Shown one piece after another: positions 9,471 through 17,835 of a stretch of DNA of 64,000 nucleotides. The DNA comes from Candidatus Micrarchaeota archaeon (GTDB taxonomy: Archaea > Micrarchaeota > Micrarchaeia > Anstonellales > Bilamarchaeaceae). The position numbers and the translations under genes are program-made. The stretch's first letter is position 1; the number at the start of each line of letters is the position of its first letter. The notes under the pieces were generated by a model that saw only the letters and a program-made list of their open reading frames with translations, was not told where the DNA came from and did no database searches. The stretch is from positions 147,120-211,119 of the forward strand of contig JBBSVO010000003.1 in the NCBI GenBank assembly GCA_038046805.1. Reading direction: 5' to 3'.

Positions 9471-10598
9471 TCATTTCAAAAGGGCTTTCCCTTCCTCTGA
9501 AATTTTTTCCCGCATTTCCTCCGGGCACATCACCATTACCTTGCGCCTTTTTTCCTCGCTTGTTTTCAGTGCTGCAACGATATCTGAAATGCGCGAGATA
9601 GGTTCAACAATTCCTGTGTCAAACTTAACTTTAAAATCAATTGGCTTGAAAAAACCAGATGGATATTCAACTATAACATCACATTTATATTTCTGCTTTA
9701 GTACGTCTTCCAGCTTTTTCGTTTTTGTCTGAAGCTTTTCAGGATCGGTTTCCGAGGGTTTGAATGAAAATGCCTCTTTGTATAATTTCCGTCCGACAAG
9801 CGCGCTTATGTATGGAGACGAACCAGCCACGCCTGCCAATGCTGAAAGAATCTCGTCATCATTCATGATTGTAAATTTTTCCGGCTCAAAACCTTCTGAA
9901 ACCGCGCTTTGAATCGCTTTATGGTAAATTGCCGCAGCGATTCGAACTGTGCGGTGCAGATAAACCGTTGAAAACATCAGAAAACGAGCGATTAAAAGGG
10001 ATTCCGCGGCTTCAAGACCGCCTTCGTTGATGACAAGCGAACCTGTTTCGTCGTTCAACTCCATAGTGTGCATAATGCGTTCTGTGTCGATTACGCCGTA
10101 AGCAACCCCGGTATTCGCTGAATCCCTTACAAGATAATCCATCCTGTCTGCGCCCAGGTCAGAACAGACGACCTGGCCTATTTTCGCATTCTCGAGATTC
10201 ATTATTTCTTCCGCATTCCACGATTCGTTCAAAATAGTGCCGATTTCTCCAGTAAGAACTTTTTTCTTTCCGATTTCCTCATGAGTTCGAAGATGAGGCT
10301 CGAGGACCTTTTCTGATTCATGCGAAAACGGCAGATGACCAATATCGTGAAGAAGTGCAAATAAGCGAACCTTTTGCGCATCGTCATCGCTCAAACCAAG
10401 CTTGCGGCACAACTCGCTTGCAAGATGAAAAACACCTATTGAATGCTCAAAACGCGTGTGGTTTGCGCCCGGATAAACCAGATAAGTGAACGCCATTTGT
10501 TTTATTCTGCGAAGCCGCTGAAAATCCAGAGTATCAACTATCCTTTCTTCGAGTTCGTTGAAATAGATATTTCCGTGAATTTCGTCCTTTATCATCAT
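9471..10598 (-). CDS. HD-domain phosphohydrolase (dNTPase/SAMHD1-like family)
   Basis: FQRLRRIKQ, HTRFEHSIG, LHDIGHLPFSH, ADRMDYLVRD, VYLH. Confidence 0.92.
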   Translation of the reverse strand: MMIKDEIHGNIYFNELEERIVDTLDFQRLRRIKQMAFTYLVYPGANHTRFEHSIGVFHLASELCRKLGLSDDDAQKVRLFALLHDIGHLPFSHESEKVLEPHLRTHEEIGKKKVLTGEIGTILNESWNAEEIMNLENAKIGQVVCSDLGADRMDYLVRDSANTGVAYGVIDTERIMHTMELNDETGSLVINEGGLEAAESLLIARFLMFSTVYLHRTVRIAAAIYHKAIQSAVSEGFEPEKFTIMNDDEILSALAGVAGSSPYISALVGRKLYKEAFSFKPSETDPEKLQTKTKKLEDVLKQKYKCDVIVEYPSGFFKPIDFKVKFDTGIVEPISRISDIVAALKTSEEKRRKVMVMCPEEMREKISEEGKALLK

Positions 10599-10654
10599 TC
10601 TAAAGTCACCGCTAACAGCCCATAGCTCAAGGCTCACTACCAAATGCCAATGTG

Positions 10655-11524
10655 CTATGCAAGGCAGAAACTGTCCTTCTTCTTTTCCAGAACATCTCCG
10701 TTGTCAGACATTATCCTAAGAATTGATCTGCATCCGTCTTCTTCGGTTTTGCACGCACTCGCGATCGCGGAAACAGTCATCGTCCCCTTAAGATTTTTCT
10801 GCACAAGTTCAGATACCTTGGCAAAGTATTGCTTTGTTGCAACATAGAATTTTCCGTCAAACCCCTTTATCCCAACCACGTCTCCCTTTGGCAGTTTCTT
10901 TATTTCATCTGAGATTTTCTGCGCCTCTCCCTGACTGGAAAAGATTGCGTAGCCGCGCTTTAGGATTTCCAACATCGAACTGCTTTGGATTGTTTGATTC
11001 GTCACTGGAGAATGGGCAGATTGGACTTGTGAAATATTTTGTCCGAAAGCGTTTTGTCCGGAAACCCCTGCCTTCAACAACGGATAGATTTTGTCATCGA
11101 TATTATAAACGCCGGTATTCTTGTATTTTGTCCCGTAAAACACGCTTACAAAACCTTTTTTCTCAAGCTCTTTGAGAACTGCAAGCTCTTCTGGCTTAAA
11201 AACTTCTTTAACATGCGCCGGAGTACGGTTCTCAAAACGAATTGTCAGAAGGCCGTGAAGGAGTTTGCGCTCTGCTGGAGAAAGAGATAACGAAGATGAA
11301 GTTTGTGACACAGCTTGCGGAACCCCTTCTTTTTCCTGTTTTTTTGTTCCGTCTGGGAGCGATACAGAAACCGATGTATGCGCGGACATTCCTGACGTAA
11401 GCAGATAAAATCCGTCTTTGAGTGGGAACAACTCTAATTCACCTGAAACGGAAAGCGAATTCGCCAGCTCGTCCGGTATCTGTAAGTAGAATTTATCATC
11501 CTTTTTGAATAAAGAGAGCTGCAT
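10655..11524 (-). CDS. Hypothetical protein; possible AbrB-like N-terminus and winged-helix C-terminus
   Basis: N-terminal YLQIPDELA..L..GELELFPL resembles SpoVT/AbrB; C-terminal MTVSAIASAC...GDV wHTH-like. Confidence 0.55.
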   Translation of the reverse strand: MQLSLFKKDDKFYLQIPDELANSLSVSGELELFPLKDGFYLLTSGMSAHTSVSVSLPDGTKKQEKEGVPQAVSQTSSSLSLSPAERKLLHGLLTIRFENRTPAHVKEVFKPEELAVLKELEKKGFVSVFYGTKYKNTGVYNIDDKIYPLLKAGVSGQNAFGQNISQVQSAHSPVTNQTIQSSSMLEILKRGYAIFSSQGEAQKISDEIKKLPKGDVVGIKGFDGKFYVATKQYFAKVSELVQKNLKGTMTVSAIASACKTEEDGCRSILRIMSDNGDVLEKKKDSFCLA

Positions 11525-11598
11525 GAACTGATTTCGCGCTGGGGGTTAAAAAAGCTGATGTTTAATGTTTTTAAATCCGTTGTTCCTAATAAACATTT

Positions 11599-12255
11599 AT
11601 GGGTTCAACCTTTAGAAACAGCGTCATACACGATCCAGGCTCCAAAGGATGGAAACAATTTAATCCGCTTCGCCTTGGCATTAACGGGTATCTGCTGGTT
11701 GACGACGTCGTTCACAGGTCAATAAACAGGCCCGCGGAATGAGTTGAGAGAAAAACAGGCATAAGCAAGTATGCAATGGGTTGGCTCGCGGTAACTACTG
11801 GCGTTAGCGCTGAATTGGTGATCGCCTCAAATTATGCACCACCAGACCAATTTGAGTTTCACGCACTTACGAGTATTCTCGGGCCACTATACTTATCTCT
11901 CAAGAAGATGAAAAAACTTGTTACCCCTGCAACTGGATTTACTTATGACAGCAATATTGAGTCAGATGCACGTGTTATAATTTTTTTAGGAGGATCAGTT
12001 ATATCTGGCCTGGCGTACTACTTAGCTCCAGGGGTTAATCCTGGGCTTTATGGTGTTGCCGGTGGCGGCATAGGCCTTACTTCAATAGGTACGGCAATGT
12101 ATCTTACAACCTCAAGTAACGGGACAATCGACGGGTTTAAGAGTTATGTTAAAGAAAAGTTGGGGAAATTAGTGACTGCATACAAGAAGCTCCGCACTCC
12201 GGCCCCAGTTCCTGAGACTGGATTGAACGAGCCGGTGCCTTCCTTAACTTTTTGA
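11599..12255 (+). pseudogene. Membrane protein gene interrupted by an in-frame TGA at 11740-11742
   Basis: ATG 11599 is in frame with the 11776..12255 ORF; reads ...NRPAE*VERKTGISKYAMGW... Confidence 0.6.
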
Positions 12256-12364
12256 TGATGAGGGTAACCGGTTCATATTCGTTTAAAAGAATTCAAATTC
12301 TATTAATAGAAACCTGATTATGTCAAACAAAAAACTTTATAACCTTGCAATTACTACTATCTCT

Positions 12365-13681
12365 ATGGCAATCTCCCCTTTTGAAGAAAGATACAAAACT
12401 GAAATGAATTCGATTTTTGAAGAAGAGAACAAGCTGCGCAAATGGATGGATGTTGAAATTGCATTGGCAAAGGCGCACGCGGGGATGAAAACAATTCCAA
12501 AGGACGCTGTAGAAAAAATCGCCGGCGGAGCAAAGAAAGTCAAACTCGAAAGAGTAAATGAAATAGAAGCCGAAATTCATCATGATTTAATGGCAATGGT
12601 AAGGGCGCTCAGCGAGCAGGCAGGAGATGCCGGAAAATACGTTCATCTCGGAGCGACGAGCTATGATATCGAGGATACGGCAACCGCGCTCATATTCCTT
12701 GATGCGATAGCTCTGCTGGAAAAACATCTTTCCGGATTCGCGGAAGTGCTCCGCTCAATTGCGATTAAGCACAAGAAAACCGTTTGCATAGGCAGAACGC
12801 ACGGACAGCACGCAGTTCCAACAACATATGGCCTGAAATTCGCGATTTATTATCAGGAGTGCCTCAGGAATCTGGAACGCCTGCACGAGGCAAAGAAACG
12901 CATCGGAGTCGGAAAAATGTCCGGTGCAACCGGAACAATGGCAACATTTCTCGGAAGCGGTGGAAAAATCCAAACTCTGGTCATGAAAAATCTGGGGTTA
13001 AAGCCTGCGCCAGCCTCAAATCAGGTTATCCAGCGTGACAGGCACGCAGAAGTAATGTTTGTACTCGCACTAATTGCAGCAATGCTTGAAAAAATCGCAA
13101 AAGAAATCCGCAACCTCCAGCGCACGGAAATCTTAGAAGTCTCAGAACCGTTTGGTGCAAAACAGGTCGGCTCTTCGACAATGCCGCAAAAAAGGAATCC
13201 GCACAAGAGCGAGCGTGTTTGCAGCATCGCGCGACTGGTCAGGGCAAACGTACAGACGGCATTGGAAAACATACCGCTTGAGCACGAGCGGGATCTCACC
13301 AACTCGGCAAACGAACGCGCAATATTTTCAGAAAGCTTTATAGCAACCGATTACATGCTGGGTGAAATGACGAAAATTCTTGGCGGATTGGAATTTTTTG
13401 AAGATAATATAAAGAAAAATCTCGAACTGACAAAAGGCTTAATAATGGCCGAACGTTTGATGATTTTCCTTGTTTCAAAAAAGAGTTATGGACGACAGGA
13501 AGCGCACGAAATAGTGCGCCAGCTTGCTCAGGAAGCATTCAGGCAAAAGATCCACCTAAAGGAAATGGTCAAGCGGAGCAAAATAGGAATAATCATGCGC
13601 GACAGCGAGCTGGACGAGATTTTCAACCCGGAAACATACATAGGGGAAGCCGAAAGAATAGCTGATGAGGCCTCAAAATAA
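12365..13681 (+). CDS. purB: Adenylosuccinate lyase
   Basis: HLGATSYD, GRTHGQHA, GSSTMPQKRNP, HERDLTNS. Confidence 0.97.
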   Translation: MAISPFEERYKTEMNSIFEEENKLRKWMDVEIALAKAHAGMKTIPKDAVEKIAGGAKKVKLERVNEIEAEIHHDLMAMVRALSEQAGDAGKYVHLGATSYDIEDTATALIFLDAIALLEKHLSGFAEVLRSIAIKHKKTVCIGRTHGQHAVPTTYGLKFAIYYQECLRNLERLHEAKKRIGVGKMSGATGTMATFLGSGGKIQTLVMKNLGLKPAPASNQVIQRDRHAEVMFVLALIAAMLEKIAKEIRNLQRTEILEVSEPFGAKQVGSSTMPQKRNPHKSERVCSIARLVRANVQTALENIPLEHERDLTNSANERAIFSESFIATDYMLGEMTKILGGLEFFEDNIKKNLELTKGLIMAERLMIFLVSKKSYGRQEAHEIVRQLAQEAFRQKIHLKEMVKRSKIGIIMRDSELDEIFNPETYIGEAERIADEASK

Positions 13682-13795
13682 CCAAAAAAAGCCGCGAAAC
13701 CGGAAACCGAAAACCGGAAACGGATTGGGGCAAGGCTTTTAATACCCGTTTCCTAATTCTACCTCAGAGATAGATAACGGGATTGAGTGATTCAC

Positions 13796-14605
13796 ATGGT
13801 CAGTCAGAACAAACTCCTAATGTATGTGTCAATAGGACTTGCATTTTTAGGTGCACTTTTTGCAATGATAGGCGGCGGCGGGATATTCTCAATGATAGGT
13901 GGGATAGCCGCCGGCATAGGCGGGCTTCTCGGAATATTGTTCAGCCGCTACGGATACATCATGATACCGCTTATCACAAAGGGAACCAAGACAATAATGA
14001 TAACAGATACCGGATTTGAAGTGCCACCGTCCCAAGACGTTATAGTAAAGGAATCACAGGGAACATACTATGCCTCAGCTTTCCTTGGATTAAAAATATT
14101 CGAATCTGCGAGCGAAAAAAGCAGCGAGGAAAATGTATTATACAACGAATCTTTTGAACGCGCAATATCCAACCTCAGAAACGTTACAAAGATCGCATAC
14201 ATGCTTTACGTAGAAGATATTGGAGAAAAGAGAAAGACTATAGAGGCAAAAAGGGCAGAGGCACAATTAAGGCTTGCGCGAGAGCGCGAAAAACCAGAGC
14301 CGGATGTTCTTAGAATTGACAAATACGAACGTGAAGTTGCGCTGTGGGACCTTCAGCTAAACAAACTTGTAAAAGGAATAAAACCAATGGGGGTAATCGC
14401 ATATGCAATGACAACCGCAACAGGTGTGAGTAAGGAAGGTGCAATTGCGGGTGTGAAGGTGCAGGCAAACGAACTCAAATCGATTCTTGCAAACTCCCTG
14501 AACGTAGAGGTTGAATGGCTTACAGCAGACGAGATGCTCAAATGCTTTGAATGGGAAAGAATGATGCCCACGAGCCCGCAGGAACTTGAGGAAAGCGTAG
14601 TTTAA
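13796..14605 (+). CDS. Membrane-anchored protein upstream of VirB4-like ATPase
   Basis: Two Gly-rich N-terminal TM segments, then coiled-coil/soluble domain. Confidence 0.7.
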   Translation: MVSQNKLLMYVSIGLAFLGALFAMIGGGGIFSMIGGIAAGIGGLLGILFSRYGYIMIPLITKGTKTIMITDTGFEVPPSQDVIVKESQGTYYASAFLGLKIFESASEKSSEENVLYNESFERAISNLRNVTKIAYMLYVEDIGEKRKTIEAKRAEAQLRLAREREKPEPDVLRIDKYEREVALWDLQLNKLVKGIKPMGVIAYAMTTATGVSKEGAIAGVKVQANELKSILANSLNVEVEWLTADEMLKCFEWERMMPTSPQELEESVV

Positions 14606-14689
14606 AGTACTGGATAATGTGATAAAATGGGATGACTGGGAATAAAACCAGTAGTAGAGAATTGCAGCTAACCACGGAGATGGGGAAAA

Positions 14690-16270
14690 ATGTTTGGCGG
14701 AAAAATAAAAATCAGTAAAATATCTAACAAGGAAATTTCCAAAAGAAATCTTCTTGTTCACCCTCCAGAGCCTCCGGCGGAGATAATATTCGCAGATCCG
14801 GCAAATTCTATATATGTAGGAAGGACCAGAGTTTTTCACGTTCCGTTTTACTGGTCATATGAACACGTGCCAAACCCGCACATATCAATCGTAGGAATAA
14901 GCGGAAGTGGAAAAAGCTACTTCATCAAAACATTTCTGTTGCGCGCGTCTTTTGTATGGGATTCGAATGCACTGGTATTTGACTGGGCAGGAGAATACAA
15001 AGACTGGGTAAAACAAACGAATGGGAAGGTAATTTCGCTAGGTAAAGGATCATATCTCAACTTGTTGGATTTGGGCGGAATGAAGCCGTATGACCGGATA
15101 AAACAGGTTGTCAGAACACTTGAGCTGCTTACAGATCTTGCAAATTACCCGGAACAAAGGAGACTCACGGAACAGGCGATTGAAAAGTCATATATGGAAA
15201 ACAAATACAAAATGGATTCTCTTGACCACAAGGATGAATTGGGAAAGCCACTTAGCCCGCCAACGCTAAAGGACGTGGTTCGCATATTAGAGGAACAATC
15301 AAAACTCGGCACATATGAAATCCCGGCAGAACTTGAAAATGCGATATACCGGCTCAAACAATTCACAAAAAGCGGAGAGGATTTCTTTGCGCAGCAAAGC
15401 ACAGTAAGCCTGGATGCGCTTGTGACCTCCGGACTCGTAGACCTTGATCTCTCAGGCCTTCCTGATGAAACATTTAGGGCACTTGGCGCACTTACCGTTC
15501 TTCAGTTTGTAAAGGAAAAGATGAGAGCGTCGGGATGGGCAAAACAAAAGGGTCTACGACTTATAGTTGTCATAGACGAAGCATGGAAAATTGCAAAAGA
15601 AGAAAACAGCGACGCGGTCATGATAGTAAGGGAAGGGCGAAAATACAATTTCGGGCTCATTGTGGCAAGCCAAAATCCGACAGATATTAGCGAGGCAATA
15701 TTCAGCAACGTAGGCACTACGTTCATACTCAAGGTAAAATTCGAAAGATTCCTGGATTATCTGCAGGGAACGCTTAATTTCAGTCATTATATGCGAAATG
15801 AGATAGCGAAATTAGGGGTTGGACAATGCGCAGTAAACATGGCGTTCCATTCAACAACCCCATACCCGCCAACGTTCCTTTTGGATAAGATAGAGGGAGA
15901 GGAACCATCTAAGGAATTCTTCCTTGACCTGGATAAGGTTCTTAGTACTGCACAACGGAGGGATATTGCTATGGCAAAATCAGTTGCTTTTGTAAAAGAA
16001 GAGTTTAGGAGACGGGTAAGACAGTATGGACTCAATGATGAGAAGATAGAGGAAATATCCAAACTATTCGAAAGAAGTAACAGACACATTGATGTTGTTT
16101 CGTTCGTTATTCTCATGGAAAGATACGGACTGGTGCGAAGAAATATAAGCGACTTTCTAAAGGACGCGGGAATAGACGATATAACAATAATAAACATATT
16201 CGGAAAAGTAGATATAAAGAAAAACGAGCTCGGTGGACGGGACATAACCCAGGTAATACTGGAAGATTAG
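14690..16270 (+). CDS. VirB4/HerA/TraC-like (FtsK-HerA superfamily) ATPase
   Basis: NPHISIVGISGSGKS Walker A, VFDWAGEY, VVIDEAW Walker B, REGRKY, ASQ. Confidence 0.88.
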   Translation: MFGGKIKISKISNKEISKRNLLVHPPEPPAEIIFADPANSIYVGRTRVFHVPFYWSYEHVPNPHISIVGISGSGKSYFIKTFLLRASFVWDSNALVFDWAGEYKDWVKQTNGKVISLGKGSYLNLLDLGGMKPYDRIKQVVRTLELLTDLANYPEQRRLTEQAIEKSYMENKYKMDSLDHKDELGKPLSPPTLKDVVRILEEQSKLGTYEIPAELENAIYRLKQFTKSGEDFFAQQSTVSLDALVTSGLVDLDLSGLPDETFRALGALTVLQFVKEKMRASGWAKQKGLRLIVVIDEAWKIAKEENSDAVMIVREGRKYNFGLIVASQNPTDISEAIFSNVGTTFILKVKFERFLDYLQGTLNFSHYMRNEIAKLGVGQCAVNMAFHSTTPYPPTFLLDKIEGEEPSKEFFLDLDKVLSTAQRRDIAMAKSVAFVKEEFRRRVRQYGLNDEKIEEISKLFERSNRHIDVVSFVILMERYGLVRRNISDFLKDAGIDDITIINIFGKVDIKKNELGGRDITQVILED

Positions 16271-16316
16271 AAGAGTTGAAGAGTTAAGGATTATTACTGA
16301 GTTGAGTGGTGATGAT

Positions 16317-16715
16317 ATGGTCAACTGCGCGATTTGTAATGGAACGAATGGGGTAAAGGGCATCAGAGTGAAGAATGATTTTGTTGTAGGTGCCGCCAGA
16401 CGTATAAAGAAACTTCTAAACAAGCCATTAAACAACAATGTTTTTCTATGCGGGGAGCATATGAAAGACCAGATGGAAAAACGTAAGAAGTTTGAAAAAG
16501 CAGCAATGATCGCAGGGATTGTAACTATGTTCGTAGTGCTGGTGTTAGTAGCGTTACCAGTCTTTCTTGGTAGATTTGACTTCCGAAATATCATTGTTTC
16601 GATAATATTTATAGCGATAATTGTTCTCTTCACATTAATATTCCGGTACGCCCCTTCGATTGAAGTTATGGGTTCGGAGGCTGCCCGCAAAGAAGAGAAG
16701 ATAAAAAAGAGGTGA
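16317..16715 (+). CDS. Small 2-TM protein with N-terminal Zn-finger-like CxxC...CxxH
   Basis: CAIC...LCGEH followed by two hydrophobic helices; GGTGAT RBS. Confidence 0.7.
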   Translation: MVNCAICNGTNGVKGIRVKNDFVVGAARRIKKLLNKPLNNNVFLCGEHMKDQMEKRKKFEKAAMIAGIVTMFVVLVLVALPVFLGRFDFRNIIVSIIFIAIIVLFTLIFRYAPSIEVMGSEAARKEEKIKKR

Positions 16716-16719
16716 AAAT

Positions 16720-17517
16720 ATGCCGTTAATCCCAACACCGCAACAAAAAGGTGCCACTGCAACAGCGCAGCAGAGTGCGAAAACAGGACAGTCAGGTACA
16801 TTATCTTCTAGAACACCGCTGGTTGATGGATTTAAGATATCTGCAAAACTTAAAACCAGTATAAAGGAAGTCTCGACAGCATTGCGTTCGATATCCTTCC
16901 TGGAAGTTGCGCAGGAAAAAGACGGTGCTAGCGCAGCATACGTTGAAAGCAGAGATATAAACCGTATTCCGTATCTTTTTTCAATTCTCAGATTAACAGA
17001 TGATTCAATAGAACTGGAGTATACTATACCAAGCGGCATATCTCCAAAAAAGAGACGTCTGGATATGGTCAGATATTTTATGAATCTGGTAACTCTTCTT
17101 AGCACACATTATACGATTGACACAAAGGTAATCCTGCAGATCATGGAAAATGTTGTGAAGGATGCAACAGATTCTGTTGGCACGGAATATTCAAAACTTT
17201 ATACGGAATATGATACCCTGAAAAAAGAGCTTGACGACGTTAAAAGAAAATTAAAGCGTCTTGAAGATGATAACAATGCATTGCGAAGGGAGAACTATGA
17301 TGTTAAGGGAAGAAATGACGAGCTCATGTTAAGACTTGGAAAGCTCGAAAACCTTACAGATGACGTATTACGGGCAAAAGTACAGGAATGGATTGTTGAG
17401 CACAACGGAGAGATAAACATCGTGGAATTTTCTAAGGTAAACAATGTTAATGAAGTTCGTGTTGAAGAAGTTCTGAACCAGCTTGTAACGGAAGGATATA
17501 TTGAATCTGTACAATAA
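16720..17517 (+). CDS. Coiled-coil protein with C-terminal winged-helix-like domain
   Basis: Heptad-rich segment (YDTLKKELDDVKRKLKRLEDDNNALRREN); C-terminal VEEVLNQLVTEGYI; GAGGTGA RBS. Confidence 0.7.
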   Translation: MPLIPTPQQKGATATAQQSAKTGQSGTLSSRTPLVDGFKISAKLKTSIKEVSTALRSISFLEVAQEKDGASAAYVESRDINRIPYLFSILRLTDDSIELEYTIPSGISPKKRRLDMVRYFMNLVTLLSTHYTIDTKVILQIMENVVKDATDSVGTEYSKLYTEYDTLKKELDDVKRKLKRLEDDNNALRRENYDVKGRNDELMLRLGKLENLTDDVLRAKVQEWIVEHNGEINIVEFSKVNNVNEVRVEEVLNQLVTEGYIESVQ

Positions 17518-17583
17518 GTTATATCAAACCAACAAAGTTTTCCGGAGTTTTATCCGGTCTCTCGGCGAGGCTGGTTTGATATA

Positions 17584-17722
17584 TGTCAAGAACGACCTAT
17601 AAAACGGCAAACCGTTTTATGGTCCATTGAACGATTCGTCGTTCAATTGGACGTTTCGTTCTTGGGGATTTGAGAACCGAAAAGTTCTCAAAGTGCTCGT
17701 GATCGTTGCGACGATCGCGACA
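17584..17722. repeat. Branched palindromic element family A, copy 1
   Basis: TGTC..GACA-bounded; stem CAAGAACGA/TCGTTCTTG with internal hairpins; homologous to 50745-50858 with compensatory changes. Confidence 0.85.
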
Positions 17723-17835
17723 CTGTGAACCCGAAAAACATTTCGGGGTCGCTGTAAGCACAAAACGCGACGCAGATATTGCTGAGAACCAAGAACTCTG
17801 GACTGAAAACAGGAATATGGTGGTGCGGCCAGTAT

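Noticed and set aside
11740..11742. Selenocysteine or alternative genetic code
   Set aside because: TGA terminates many conserved genes here; the context is not a redox motif and no SECIS-like element was recognised
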